A stretch of 64,000 bases of DNA from Candidatus Aquidulcis sp. (GTDB taxonomy: Bacteria > Chloroflexota > Anaerolineae > UBA4142): positions 12,972 through 76,971 of the forward strand of contig DYJA01000003.1 in assembly GCA_020723345.1 (NCBI GenBank), written 5' to 3'. The notes beneath the pieces were generated by a model, which made no database searches, was not told where the DNA came from, and saw nothing but the letters and a program-made list of their open reading frames with translations. Below are positions 17,867 through 27,908 of the stretch, piece after piece (within the stretch, counting starts at the first letter, position 1; every line of letters begins with the position of its first letter). The translations under genes and the position numbers were made by a program.

Positions 17867-18318
17867 TGAGTGAATTGGCTTTTGCGAAGGGCTTCAAGGA
17901 TTTGATCGTTTATCAGAGAGCGCGCCAACTGCAACGCGAAGTTTTCCCCCTGAGCAAGGCGTTTCCTCGTGATGAATCATTCTCGCTCACCAATCAGATC
18001 CGGCGCTCATCGCGTTCCATCGGCGCCAATATCGCGGAGGCATGGGCGAAACGGCGATACGAGCGACACTTTGTGAGCAAACTCAGCGATGCCGAAGGCG
18101 AACTGTTTGAGACACAGCACTGGATCGAAACTGCGGTGGAGTGCAAATATCTGGAATTGGTACAGGCAAAGGCGCTAAATGACAAATGCGTGGAAATCGG
18201 ACGTATGCTCGGCAGCATGATGGACAAAGCCGAACTTTTCTGCGGCGAACAATACAAAATTGTGCGAGAATCACACGTAGAATATTTCTTCGACTCAACC
18301 AACGCCACTGAACACTGA
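17866..18318 (+). CDS. Four-helix-bundle protein (23S rRNA intervening-sequence protein family) inserted in the his operon
   Basis: '[54 protein letters not shown]' is the family signature. TAATG overlap with hisA and its own RBS GAGGAGG. More AT-rich than its neighbours. Confidence 0.85.
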   Translation: MSELAFAKGFKDLIVYQRARQLQREVFPLSKAFPRDESFSLTNQIRRSSRSIGANIAEAWAKRRYERHFVSKLSDAEGELFETQHWIETAVECKYLELVQAKALNDKCVEIGRMLGSMMDKAELFCGEQYKIVRESHVEYFFDSTNATEH

Positions 18319-18332
18319 ATACTGAACACTGG
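18306..18332. repeat. Right arm of the heptamer inverted repeat flanking the four-helix-bundle gene
   Basis: CACTGAACACTGAATACTGAACACTGG. Confidence 0.8.
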
Positions 18333-18341
18333 ATACCAACT

Positions 18342-19160
18342 ATGCTTGCAAAGAGAATAATCCCCTGTCTCGACGTTCACGCGGGAAAAGTCACGCGCGG
18401 CGTCCAATTTGGTAAAGCCGAAAAAGGCGAACTGCGCAACGTCGGCGATCCCGTCGAATGTGCGCGCGTGTACGACGCGGCGGGCGCGGACGAACTCGTT
18501 TTCCTCGACATCACCGCGTCGTCCGAAAAGCGCGAAATCTTTCTGGACGTGGTGCGCGCGGTCGCGGATCAAGTTTTCATTCCGTTCGCGGTCGGCGGCG
18601 GCGTGCGCAGCGTCGAAGATTACCGCGCGATTTTGCTCGCAGGCGCGGACAAGGTCGCGATGAATACCGCGGCGGTCGAAAATCCCGCGATGATTACGGA
18701 CGCGGCGGAAAGATTTGGGGCGCAGTGTGTCGTCGTCGCGATAGACGCAAAATCGGAATTCGGAATTCAAAATTCAAAATTCGGCAATCGAAAATCGAAA
18801 ATCGAAAATCGAAAATGGCAAGTCTACACGCACGGCGCGCGCGTTCCCACCGGCAAAGATGTCGTCGAGTGGGCGCGCGAAGTGGAAGCGCGCGGCGCGG
18901 GCGAAATTTTGCTGACGAGCATCGACCGCGACGGGACGCGCGATGGATTCGAAATCGAACTGACGCGCGTGGTCGCGGACGCGGTGACGATCCCGGTGAT
19001 CGCGTCGGGCGGCGCGGGGCGCATTGAACATTTCGCCGACGCGATTATCGACGGACACGCGAGCGCGGTGCTCGCCGCGAGTTTGTTTCATTTTGGCGAA
19101 TTGACGGTCGCGCAGGTGAAGGAGTATTTGGCAAGTCGCGGTGTGGCGGTGAGAAGATGA
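18342..19160 (+). CDS. hisF: Imidazole glycerol phosphate synthase cyclase subunit with an in-frame heptamer insertion
   Basis: 'RIIPCLDV', '[11 protein letters not shown]', '[10 protein letters not shown]', 'VIASGGAG'. Positions 18749-18817 are AATTCNN/AAATCGA heptamers encoding '[21 protein letters not shown]'. Confidence 0.95.
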   Translation: MLAKRIIPCLDVHAGKVTRGVQFGKAEKGELRNVGDPVECARVYDAAGADELVFLDITASSEKREIFLDVVRAVADQVFIPFAVGGGVRSVEDYRAILLAGADKVAMNTAAVENPAMITDAAERFGAQCVVVAIDAKSEFGIQNSKFGNRKSKIENRKWQVYTHGARVPTGKDVVEWAREVEARGAGEILLTSIDRDGTRDGFEIELTRVVADAVTIPVIASGGAGRIEHFADAIIDGHASAVLAASLFHFGELTVAQVKEYLASRGVAVRR

Positions 19161-19218
19161 TGCGCGATGCGTGATGCGTGAGAATCGTCATCACGGGTTA
19201 CGCGGCGCGGAGGTTGGG

Positions 19219-19533
19219 ATGACAACTGAAATCAACTGGGATGCGAATGGACTCGTGCCTGCGATTGTACAAGACGAAAAGACAAAGCACGTGCTGATGC
19301 TCGCGTACATGAACGCCGAGTCGCTGGCGAAAACACTGGAAACGGGACTCGCGACCTTCTGGAGTCGGCGGCGGAAGAAATTGTGGATGAAAGGCGAAAC
19401 GTCGGGCAACTTGCAGCGCGTTCGCGAAATCAAGTACGATTGCGACGGCGATACGCTCCTGCTGCTCGTCGACCCGGCGGGACCGGCGTGCCACACCGGC
19501 GAGGTGAGTTGTTTTTATCGGAGTCTCACATAG
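19219..19533 (+). CDS. hisI: Phosphoribosyl-AMP cyclohydrolase
   Basis: 'GLVPAIVQD', 'LAYMNAESL', '[17 protein letters not shown]', 'DCDGDTLLL...CHTG'. Confidence 0.9.
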   Translation: MTTEINWDANGLVPAIVQDEKTKHVLMLAYMNAESLAKTLETGLATFWSRRRKKLWMKGETSGNLQRVREIKYDCDGDTLLLLVDPAGPACHTGEVSCFYRSLT

Positions 19534-19560
19534 CGCAGCATAGCCGCAACCAAATCTTTT

Positions 19561-19616
19561 GGACACTGATAAACACTGATTTTTCTATCTGTGTTTATCT
19601 GTGTTCATCTGTGTCC
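19561..19616. repeat. Dispersed GGACACAGAT-type hairpin repeat, copy 2 of 3 (between hisI and hisE)
   Basis: GGACACTGATAAACACTGATTTTTCTATCTGTGTTTATCTGTGTTCATCTGTGTCC. Confidence 0.75.
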
Positions 19617-19660
19617 CAAGAATCTTCGCGGTCGTGATAGTTTCTGCGAAGGAATACTAT

Positions 19661-19942
19661 ATGGACAATGTACTAGATACGCTCTACGCCACCATCGAAT
19701 CGCGCAAAACGAGCGCGCCGCCCGATTCGTACACGGCAAAATTGTTCGCGGCAGGCGAAAACGAAATCGTCAAAAAAGTCGGCGAGGAAGCGATTGAAGT
19801 GATCGTCGCGGCAAAGGGGCAGAGCGACGAACGCGTCGTTTCCGAAATGGCGGATTTGATGTACCACGCGCTCGTGCTGCTCGCGTCGCGCGGCATCGCC
19901 TGGCGCGCGGTGGAAGACGAACTCGCGCGGCGGTTCAAGTAG
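19661..19942 (+). CDS. hisE: Phosphoribosyl-ATP pyrophosphatase
   Basis: 'SYTAKLF...KVGEEAIEVIVA...EMADLMYHALVLL'. Confidence 0.9.
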   Translation: MDNVLDTLYATIESRKTSAPPDSYTAKLFAAGENEIVKKVGEEAIEVIVAAKGQSDERVVSEMADLMYHALVLLASRGIAWRAVEDELARRFK

Positions 19943-19962
19943 GACAAATTTGCAAATTTGTC
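19943..19962. promoter_or_regulatory. Perfect 20-bp palindrome (candidate operator or hisE terminator stem) just upstream of the lysW promoter
   Basis: GACAAATTTGCAAATTTGTC reads the same on both strands. It ends 16 nt before the -35 box. Confidence 0.4.
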
Positions 19963-19978
19963 ATACCGCGCTCCAATA

Positions 19979-20007
19979 TTGACACTAGGCGGTGATGATG
20001 TTATATT
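19979..20007 (+). promoter_or_regulatory. Sigma-70-type promoter of the lysW cluster
   Basis: TTGACA (19979-19984), 17-nt spacer, TATATT (20002-20007). Confidence 0.6.
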
Positions 20008-20169
20008 CTGTCGCGAAAATTCTCGCTGAAATGAAATGGATGGACGACGCAACAAGCCGTTCGACGCGGGACGATCACGCCCGCGGTCTCTCAATCGCTC
20101 CACGCACGCTTTGGTTCAAACCGCCAGACTCGCACGGGTGGGAAGAATCTTGGCGCGCGTTTTCTTTTT

Positions 20170-20205
20170 CCCCTCCCACGCTGATGTGACCGGGAGGGTT
20201 TTTAA
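20170..20205 (+). terminator. Intrinsic-terminator-like hairpin in the lysW leader (candidate attenuator)
   Basis: CCCCTCCC...GGGAGGG stem followed by TTTTTAATT, about 25 nt before the lysW RBS. Confidence 0.5.
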
Positions 20206-20229
20206 TTGAAATCACACGGAGGAAAGAAC

Positions 20230-20394
20230 ATGACAGCCAATTGCCCGGAATGTGAAGCCGAAATCACACTCGCCAAGCCGATGCGCGGCGAGATCGTCGT
20301 GTGCCCCGATTGCGGCGTGGAACTCGAAGTGACGAGCGAAAATCCGCTCGCGTTCGATCTGGCGCCGCAGGAAGAAGAGGATTGGGGAGAATAA
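20230..20394 (+). CDS. lysW: Amino-group carrier protein LysW
   Basis: 54 aa. Zn-ribbon 'CPECEAEI...VCPDCGVEL' and an acidic tail ending 'EEEDWGE'. RBS GGAGGAAAG. Confidence 0.9.
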   Translation: MTANCPECEAEITLAKPMRGEIVVCPDCGVELEVTSENPLAFDLAPQEEEDWGE

Positions 20395-20395
20395 A

Positions 20396-21252
20396 ATGAA
20401 ACTCGCCGTTCTGTATTCGCGCGTCCGCGCCGAAGAGAAATTATTGTTCGAAGCGCTGGACGCGCGCGGCATCGCGTACGACAAGATCGACGACCGCGAA
20501 GTCATTTTTGATTTGCAAAATCCCGGCGCGTGGCGCGAGTACAGCGTCGTGCTGGAACGCTGCATCAATCACGCGCGCGCGCTCAACGCGCTCAAGATTT
20601 TGAACGATTGGCGCATCCCGACCGTCAACACGGCGTACGTCGCCAGCGTGTGCGGCGACAAACTCACCACGTCGACCGCGCTCGTGCATCACGGCGTGCC
20701 GACGACGCGCATCAAAGTCGCGTTCACCCCGGAATCCGCGCTCAAGGCAATCGAAGAACTGGGCTATCCGGTCATTCTGAAACCCGCCGTCGGATCGTGG
20801 GGACGTTTACTTTCCAAAGTGAATGATCGCGAAGCCGCCGAAGCGATTCTCGAACACAAAGAGACACTCGGTTCGTACCATCATTCGATTTTCTACATTC
20901 AGGAGTACATCCGCAAACCCGGGCGCGACATTCGCGCGTTCGTCATCGGCGATGAAACGGTCGGCGCGATCTATCGCGCGTCGGAACATTGGATCACGAA
21001 CACGGCGCGCGGCGGTCAGGCGACCGGCTGCCCGGTCACGCCGGAACTCAATCGCATTTGCGTCGCGGCGGCAAAAGCAGTCGGCGGTGGCATCGTCGGC
21101 GTAGACTTGCTCGAAGATCCGGAGCGCGGCTTGCTCGTCAACGAAGTCAACTACACGATTGAATTTCGCAACAGCATCACGACGACCGGCGTGGACATTC
21201 CGCAGCGCATTCTCGATTACGTCTTCGCCGTCGGTCGCGGCGAGATCAAAGT

Positions 21253-21259
<7 letters not shown>
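20396..21259 (+). CDS. lysX: LysX (RimK-type ATP-grasp alpha-aminoadipate-LysW ligase)
   Basis: ATP-grasp fold, '[14 protein letters not shown]', 'IYIQEYI', 'GVDLLE...LVNEVN'. Immediately after lysW. Confidence 0.85.
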
Positions 21260-22505
<1,246 letters not shown>

Positions 22506-22508
22506 AGA

Positions 22509-22600
22509 AATGACAAATGAGCAAATGACAAACGTGATGCGTGATGCGTGATGCGTGAGAATCAATTACCAATTACCAATTACCAATTTTCAAATGGCAA
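22509..22600. repeat. Three consecutive heptamer tracts (AATGACA-like, GATGCGT x3, AATTACC x3)
   Basis: GAAATGACAAATGAGCAAATGACAAAC GTGATGCGTGATGCGTGATGCGTGAG AATCAATTACCAATTACCAATTACCAATTTTC. They encode the hacA N-terminus. Confidence 0.85.
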
Positions 22601-23918
22601 GACGTTTGCCGAAAAGGCACTCGCGCGCGCGTCCGGTCAGCGCGAGGTCGTGGTCGGGCAAATCGTGGACGCGGCACCGGATGTCGCGCTGTCGCACGAC
22701 AACACCGGCGCGATTGCGAAAATTTTCCGCGCGCTCGGCGTCACCCGTGTCAAGTACCCGGAACGATTGGCGATTGCGCTCGATCACGCGGTTCCCGCGC
22801 CGACAACGCAGCACGCGCAGAACCACGCGGACGCGCGCAAGTTCGTCGAAGAGCAAGGGATCACAAATTTCTTCGAGGTCGGGCGCGGCATTTGTCACCA
22901 AGTTTTGAGCGAGGAAGCAATCGTCTTGCCGGGACAACTGATCCTCGGCGCGGACTCGCACACGACGCACTATGGCTGGATGGGCGCGTTCGGCGCGGGC
23001 GTCGGGCGCAGTGAGATGGCGGCGATCTGGGCGACCGGCGAGTTGTGGCTGCGCGTGCCGGAATCGATCAAGATAATCGTGGACGGCGAACTGCCGCGCG
23101 GCGTCACGTCGAAAGATTTGTGTCTCAAAGTGATCGGCGACCTCGGCGCGGACGGCGGACTGTACGCGTCGGTCGAATTTCACGGCGGCGCGATTTCCAA
23201 ACTGTCGCTTGAATCGCGCATGGTCATTCCGAACATGATGGCGGAGTTTGGGGTGAAGAACTCCTATTTACCCCCAGACGTGTCCGTATTCCGATGGCTC
23301 GCGCTACGCAAATTCAAAATTCAAGATTCGAAATTCGAAATTCAAGACGCGCAACTGCGCGAGGAAATTCTGAATTACGAATTACGAATTACGAATTCGG
23401 CTCTCTACCCTGACGACAACGCGACCTACGCCGCGACGTACCGCTACGACGCGGCGCAACTTGAGCCGTTCGTCGCGTGTCCGCATCGCGTCGACAATGT
23501 CAAGCCGCTGTCGCAAGTGCGCGGGACGCGCGTGCAACAGGCGTTCATCGGTACGTGTACGAACGGACGCATCGAAGATTTGGCGGCGGCAGCGGAAGTT
23601 TTGCGCGGCAAAAAAATCGCGCGCGGCACGCGCTTGCTCGTCATTCCCGCGTCGTCCCAAGTGTTGAGTGAAGCGATCGCGCGCGGGTACATTCAAACTT
23701 TCATCGACGCGGGTGGAGTGATCGGCGTGCCGGGCTGCGGTCCGTGCATGGGCAATCACATGGGCGTTCCCGCGCCGGGCGAAGTGACGATCTCGACCGC
23801 GAATCGAAACTTTCGCGGCAGGATGGGAACGCGCGAGTCGGAAGTGTATCTCGCGAGTCCGGCGGTCGTCGCCGCGAGCGCGGTGGCGGGGGTGATTGCG
23901 GATCCGCGTGAGGTGTAA
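22551..23918 (+). CDS. hacA: Homoaconitase / 3-isopropylmalate dehydratase large subunit with heptamer-encoded N-terminus and internal insertion
   Basis: '[11 protein letters not shown]', '[11 protein letters not shown]', 'GCGPCMGNH', '[12 protein letters not shown]'. Heptamers at 22536-22600 and 23309-23400. Confidence 0.9.
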   Translation: MRENQLPITNYQFSNGKTFAEKALARASGQREVVVGQIVDAAPDVALSHDNTGAIAKIFRALGVTRVKYPERLAIALDHAVPAPTTQHAQNHADARKFVEEQGITNFFEVGRGICHQVLSEEAIVLPGQLILGADSHTTHYGWMGAFGAGVGRSEMAAIWATGELWLRVPESIKIIVDGELPRGVTSKDLCLKVIGDLGADGGLYASVEFHGGAISKLSLESRMVIPNMMAEFGVKNSYLPPDVSVFRWLALRKFKIQDSKFEIQDAQLREEILNYELRITNSALYPDDNATYAATYRYDAAQLEPFVACPHRVDNVKPLSQVRGTRVQQAFIGTCTNGRIEDLAAAAEVLRGKKIARGTRLLVIPASSQVLSEAIARGYIQTFIDAGGVIGVPGCGPCMGNHMGVPAPGEVTISTANRNFRGRMGTRESEVYLASPAVVAASAVAGVIADPREV

Positions 23919-24014
23919 GAACACGCTGAGACGCGCATCGACGCAGGGGCATTCTGTCCTTGCGTTTTCGTTCAACTCGGTGTAGATTATTCTCCGCTTG
24001 AACAGGAGGACGAT

Positions 24015-24230
24015 ATGCGAAACGAGTTTACAGCCGTCATCGAAAAAGATGGCAAGTGGTACATCGGATATTGCCCCGAGATTCCGGGAGCGAACGGTCA
24101 AGGGCGAACAATCGAAGAATGTCGCAAAAGTCTTGCCGAAGCGATCAAACTAATTTTGGATGATCGCCGTGCAGATGCCTTGCGCGGCGTTCCTGCGAGA
24201 GCAAGGCGCGAAATGGTCGTCGTCGCATGA
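24015..24230 (+). CDS. hicB: HicB-family antitoxin
   Basis: 'FTAVIEKDGKWYIGYCPEIPGANGQGRTIEECRKSLAEAI'. RBS AGGAGG. Confidence 0.85.
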   Translation: MRNEFTAVIEKDGKWYIGYCPEIPGANGQGRTIEECRKSLAEAIKLILDDRRADALRGVPARARREMVVVA

Positions 24231-24418
24231 AGCGCGAGGTGTTGCTGCGCCAATTGCGGAAATATGGTTGTTACTTGAAGCGCGAAGGGAAATCCCATTC
24301 GCTCTGGATCAATCCACAGACCGGCGTGGTTGAAGCGGTGCCGCGCCACACCGAAATTCCGAATCGGCTGGCAAAGAAGATTTGTCGTAACTTGACCGTG
24401 CCTGAAATTGGTGGGTAA
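24227..24418 (+). CDS. hicA: HicA-family mRNA interferase toxin
   Basis: 'LLRQLRKYGCYLKREGKSHSLWINP...VPRHTEIPNRLAKKICRNL'. ATGA overlap with hicB. Confidence 0.85.
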   Translation: MKREVLLRQLRKYGCYLKREGKSHSLWINPQTGVVEAVPRHTEIPNRLAKKICRNLTVPEIGG

Positions 24419-24449
24419 AAATCCTACTGCGCGCGATCCGCGGGGCAAC

Positions 24450-24518
24450 CTCGCGAGTCCGGTGGTAGTCGCGGCGAGCGCGGTGGCGGGCGTGATTGCG
24501 GATCCGCGAGAGGTGTGA
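24450..24518 (+). pseudogene. Duplicated 3' end of hacA (about 69 bp remnant)
   Basis: 24450-24518 aligns with 23850-23918 with about 7 mismatches. It still reads '...[22 protein letters not shown]'. Confidence 0.8.
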
Positions 24519-25324
24519 CTGTGACAATTCGTGTCTGTCTCGCGGGCGCGACCGGCTGGGCTGGCTCTGCGCTCGCGCGCGCGATCGCGCAAACGAATGA
24601 TATTGCCGTGGTCGCGGCGGTGTCGCGCACGCACGCGCGGCGCAATCTTGGCGATGTGCTCGACGAACCGCGTCTGACTTGCCCGATCTACGCGACCGCG
24701 CAAGAAGCGCTCGCGGATCCATGCGACGTTTTCTTCGATTACACAAAACCCAAAGTCGCTAAAGCAAATGTCGTAACCGCGTTGCAGCGCGGCGCGCACG
24801 TCGTCGTCGGCACATCAGGATTGACGGACGCCGATTACGCCGAGATCGCGGTAGTTGCGGAACAAAACAAACGCGGCGTGTTGGCGGTCGGAAATTTCGC
24901 GCTCGCGGTCGTCTTGATGCAAAAGTTTGCGGAGATCGCCGCAAAGTACATTCCGCAGTGGGAAATTATCGATTACGCGAGCGACGCCAAAAAAGACGCG
25001 CCGAGCGGAACGGTGCGCGAACTTGCTTTTCGATTGTCGCGCGTTCGCGCGTCCGAATTGACCGTGCCGCTGGAACAAACTCAGGGCATCGTCGAAACGC
25101 GCGGCGCGCGCGTCGCCGGATCACAAGTTCATTCGATTCGATTGACCGGATATACGATCTCCGCCGAAATCATTTTTGGCATGCCCGATCAAAAACTCAC
25201 GATCCGCCACGATGCGGGCAGCAGCGCGCAACCGTACGTGGACGGCGCGTTGTTGGCGATTCGCAAAGTCAATACATTTGTCGGTTTGCGGCGCGGGCTT
25301 GACAGTGTGCTGGACTTGGAATGA
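24515..25324 (+). CDS. DapB-like (4-hydroxy-tetrahydrodipicolinate reductase family) oxidoreductase
   Basis: 'VCLAGATGWAGSAL' dinucleotide fold, 'VVGTSGLT', 'KKDAPSGT'. The GTG start overlaps the stop of the hacA remnant. Confidence 0.7.
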   Translation: MTVTIRVCLAGATGWAGSALARAIAQTNDIAVVAAVSRTHARRNLGDVLDEPRLTCPIYATAQEALADPCDVFFDYTKPKVAKANVVTALQRGAHVVVGTSGLTDADYAEIAVVAEQNKRGVLAVGNFALAVVLMQKFAEIAAKYIPQWEIIDYASDAKKDAPSGTVRELAFRLSRVRASELTVPLEQTQGIVETRGARVAGSQVHSIRLTGYTISAEIIFGMPDQKLTIRHDAGSSAQPYVDGALLAIRKVNTFVGLRRGLDSVLDLE

Positions 25325-26226
25325 TCTACCAATTCATTACACTCACTCACACCGACGCGTGCGGCGCGCCCTACACCATCGGTCACGCGATCACTTGGGA
25401 GCCGCGACGCGTGCGGATGGAGTTGATCGCGTCGCGCGACGCGCTGGCGCGCGACACCGCCACGTCGGCAGGCGCGCCGTACTACGTCAAGATCGGTCTG
25501 GCGGATCGCGTGACGCCGTACCCAGCGTGGAGCGTTCGCACGGCGATTCAGAAATGTCCGGGCGGCATCGCGTATTTCAGCGCGGGCGAATCCGGTATGC
25601 AAGTCAATCCGCTGATCGAAAACGGGAAACTGTTGACGAAACCACAGGGTGCGCGCGCGGCGCATCAAAAAGACTGGACGCCGCTCAACGACACGTTCAC
25701 CTTTTTCCTTCAGCACGCGGACGCGCGCGCGGAGATTCGCGATCTGCGCATCGCGCAAAATCGAATTCACGCGGATGATCGCAAACACATTTCGGACGGC
25801 ACAAATGGTTTTGCCGTGCCGCGCATTTTGAAAAACGGCGCGCGCGTACCGCTGAAAAATCCGCCGCCGGGCAAAACCGCGCGCGGCGGCGAAACGCTGT
25901 ACGAACTCGGCGCGCCTGCCGCGCTCTCCGCGATCGGTTTGACGGCAGCAGGACGCGCGGTTTGGATCGGCTTGATCGGCGACACGGAAAATCCGACGGA
26001 CTGGGATCGCGTCGGAACGGAAGAGGACTTGGCGCACTATTTGCTCGACCTGGGTGTGACGGACGCGGTATTCGCCGGAGTGAGCGGCGATGTACAATAC
26101 TACGACGCGCGAACGCAAACGCTGTGCGTTGCCGCAGAGCGCCCCAAGCCGGAAGATATGCGTTGGGTGTTGATGCCAGGACAGACTGAACGCGGCTTGG
26201 CATGCATCGTCGAATTGGTGGAATAA
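25321..26226 (+). CDS. Hypothetical protein (no family confidently recognised)
   Basis: 301-aa ORF with ATGA overlap to the upstream gene. Codon usage resembles its neighbours. The antisense ORF of similar length is judged a shadow. Confidence 0.55.
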   Translation: MIYQFITLTHTDACGAPYTIGHAITWEPRRVRMELIASRDALARDTATSAGAPYYVKIGLADRVTPYPAWSVRTAIQKCPGGIAYFSAGESGMQVNPLIENGKLLTKPQGARAAHQKDWTPLNDTFTFFLQHADARAEIRDLRIAQNRIHADDRKHISDGTNGFAVPRILKNGARVPLKNPPPGKTARGGETLYELGAPAALSAIGLTAAGRAVWIGLIGDTENPTDWDRVGTEEDLAHYLLDLGVTDAVFAGVSGDVQYYDARTQTLCVAAERPKPEDMRWVLMPGQTERGLACIVELVE

Positions 26227-26786
26227 TGCCATTTCAATTTCACAAACTCGAAATCCCTGAAGTCATTCTCGTCCAGGTTTCCGGGCAACCCGACACGCGC
26301 GGCTTTTTCCGCGAAATCTATCGCCAAAGCGAATTTGCCGCGCACAGCATCCCGGCGTTCGTCCAGGACAATCACTCGCGTTCGACGCGCGGTGTGCTGC
26401 GCGGACTGCACTATCAAATGCATCCGCGCGCGCAGGGCAAATTCCTCATCGTCGCGCGCGGCGAAATTTTCGACGTGGCGGTCGATCTGCGGCGCGGTTC
26501 GCCGACGTACGCGCGCTGGGTCGCGCAAACGCTCTCCGCCGAAAACGGTTGTATGCTGTACGTCCCGCCCGGCTTCGCGCACGGCATTTGCGTGCTGAGC
26601 GACTTTGCCGACCTCGTCTACAAAGTCACCGCCGAATACGCGCCCGACTTGGAACGCGGCGTTATCTGGAACGATCCGGACATTCGCGTCGCGTGGCCCC
26701 TCGCCAATCCCAGTTTGTCGACGCGCGACGCGCAGTTGCCGTTGCTCCGCGACGCGGACAATAATTTTGTTTTCACAATGAGGTGA
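26226..26786 (+). CDS. rmlC: dTDP-4-dehydrorhamnose 3,5-epimerase
   Basis: 'DTRGFFREIY', 'QDNHSRSTRGVLRGLHYQ', 'KFLIVARGEIFDVAVDLR', 'LYVPPGFAHG'. Confidence 0.9.
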   Translation: MPFQFHKLEIPEVILVQVSGQPDTRGFFREIYRQSEFAAHSIPAFVQDNHSRSTRGVLRGLHYQMHPRAQGKFLIVARGEIFDVAVDLRRGSPTYARWVAQTLSAENGCMLYVPPGFAHGICVLSDFADLVYKVTAEYAPDLERGVIWNDPDIRVAWPLANPSLSTRDAQLPLLRDADNNFVFTMR

Positions 26787-26790
26787 AACT

Positions 26791-27180
26791 ATGCCCGACA
26801 AAACTATCGCACAAAAATTAGCGATCAAAGAAGATAGCCGCGTGTTCATCGTCAACGCGCCGCGCGGCTACAAAGCGAAACTTGGCGCGCTGCCGAAGAA
26901 CGCGCGCCTCGTCGCCGCGCTGACGAAAGAGGTGGACGTGATCCAGGTTTTCGTCGCGACGCGCAAAGAACTCGAAGCGCATCTGCCCGAATTGAAACCG
27001 TACCTTGCGCCGCACGGAATTTTGTGGATCACCTATCCCAAAGGATCGTCGAAAACAAAGACCGACATCAACCGCGACAACATTCGCGCGTACGCACGTT
27101 CGCTGGGCTTGGAAGCGGTCGCAATTTTTGCGGTGGACGACGATTGGTCGGCGCTGCGTTTGAAGACGATGGAGCACTGA
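26791..27180 (+). CDS. DUF3052-like small protein
   Basis: 129 aa, '...DVIQVFV...LWITYPKGSSK..TDINRD'. The family name is from memory. Confidence 0.6.
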   Translation: MPDKTIAQKLAIKEDSRVFIVNAPRGYKAKLGALPKNARLVAALTKEVDVIQVFVATRKELEAHLPELKPYLAPHGILWITYPKGSSKTKTDINRDNIRAYARSLGLEAVAIFAVDDDWSALRLKTMEH

Positions 27181-27908
27181 TGCCGCTCGAATTGCTCAGG
27201 TCGATCACCGGGCGCATCCTCGTCGAATCGCATCGCGGCGCGGAATTGCTCGCGCCCGCCAATTCATTGCGCGCGATCCAAATCGGACACGCGCGCGGCG
27301 CGGACTTGCTCGAAGTGGATGTGCAGTTGAGCGCGGACGGCGTCGCGTTTCTGCGCCACAATTACAATTTACCCGACGGACGACCGTGCCGCGACGTAAC
27401 CTGGGACGAACTCGCGTGCGTCGTCGTCGCAGGCGAACCACTGCCCAAGTTGGAAGACGTGCTCGCGTGGGCGCGCGACGCGGACGCGAAACTCTCGCTC
27501 GATCTCAAGACCGGCTTTACGCCCGAAGGCAAACTCGTCGCCGAAGTTTTGCGCGTGATCGAACGAACGCAGACGGCGAATCGCGTGATGCTGATCGCGT
27601 GGGATCACCACGAACTCGCGCGCGTCAAAAACGCGCATCCCGAAATCACGACGCGCGCGTTGATTCGCGGGCGACTTGTCAATTTGACCGACGCGCTCAA
27701 AGCGAGCCGCGCCGATTGCGTCAGTTTATCGTACGATCTGATTCGCCCGCGCGACGTCGAACAGGTTCACGCGCTGGGTGTCGCGATCACGCTCGCGGAA
27801 CTGTGGCAACCCGATTTCGATTTTGTCGCGCGCTCCGGCGTGGACATGGTGAGTTGGGGCGATCCGGCGGAAGCAAAGCAGAAACTAGATGATTCATCCA
27901 TTCACTGA
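27180..27908 (+). CDS. Glycerophosphodiester phosphodiesterase family protein
   Basis: 'ESHRGAELLAPANSLRAI...GADLLEVDVQLSADG'. ATGA-type overlap with the upstream gene. Confidence 0.75.
   Translation: MPLELLRSITGRILVESHRGAELLAPANSLRAIQIGHARGADLLEVDVQLSADGVAFLRHNYNLPDGRPCRDVTWDELACVVVAGEPLPKLEDVLAWARDADAKLSLDLKTGFTPEGKLVAEVLRVIERTQTANRVMLIAWDHHELARVKNAHPEITTRALIRGRLVNLTDALKASRADCVSLSYDLIRPRDVEQVHALGVAITLAELWQPDFDFVARSGVDMVSWGDPAEAKQKLDDSSIH

Noticed and set aside
18749-18817. Short tandem arrays (here and at 14528, 22509, 23309) considered as CRISPR arrays
   Set aside because: The unit length is 7 bp with no spacers. There are no cas genes in the window. The arrays sit inside conserved ORFs.
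19979-20229. Calling the lysW leader an L-box lysine riboswitch
   Set aside because: I could not find the conserved L-box core blocks by eye. It is reported only as a promoter, leader and terminator.
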